From the NCBI RefSeq assembly GCF_000142905.1, contig NW_013657573.1:1-5654 (forward strand): DNA of 5,654 nt, read 5' to 3'. Below are positions 5,578 to 5,654 of the stretch, one piece after another. Position 1 is the stretch's first letter; every line of letters starts with the position of its first letter. The notes under the pieces were generated by a model that searched no databases, was not told the origin of the DNA, and saw nothing but the letters and a program-made list of their open reading frames with translations. Position numbers and translations under genes: made by a program. The stretch is from Thecamonas trahens ATCC 50062. Lineage: Eukaryota; Protista; Apusomonadida.

Positions 5578-5654
5578 CTGCGGCGATGCATGCTCTGACA
5601 ATCGTAAAGCTGGAACCGATGGAGGTGCGATCTTCCACCACCGCGTGCTCTCGG

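Noticed and set aside
4838-5610. GTAAA shortly after both plus-strand stop codons (about 4840 and 5605) as a poly(A) signal
   Set aside because: Only two instances and none after RPL7; cannot be supported without 3'-end data.

Overview
GC-rich, gene-dense, spliced eukaryotic DNA with three protein-coding genes, none correctly bounded by the ORF track because each is interrupted near its 5' end. (1) 60S ribosomal protein uL30/RPL7 on the minus strand, join(2208..2195, 939..225), 242 aa, with a 1255-nt structured first intron. (2) Cytoplasmic dynein-1 intermediate chain on the plus strand, join(2635..2670, 2930..4798), 634 aa, head-to-head with RPL7 and with at least one probable 5'UTR intron. 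(3) An 84-aa single-hydrophobic-segment protein resembling DUF4748, join(4966..4993, 5185..5188, 5355..5577), whose frame closes only if a 4-nt microexon (GATG) is included. Five introns share one signature: donor GTACG(T/C/G), branch ACTCA(C/T), first downstream YAG. The microexon and the hairpin-rich RPL7 intron most deserve follow-up. I see no mobile element, CRISPR array, tRNA or rRNA. All splice models are read from sequence alone, without transcript evidence, and the organism cannot be named from this window.
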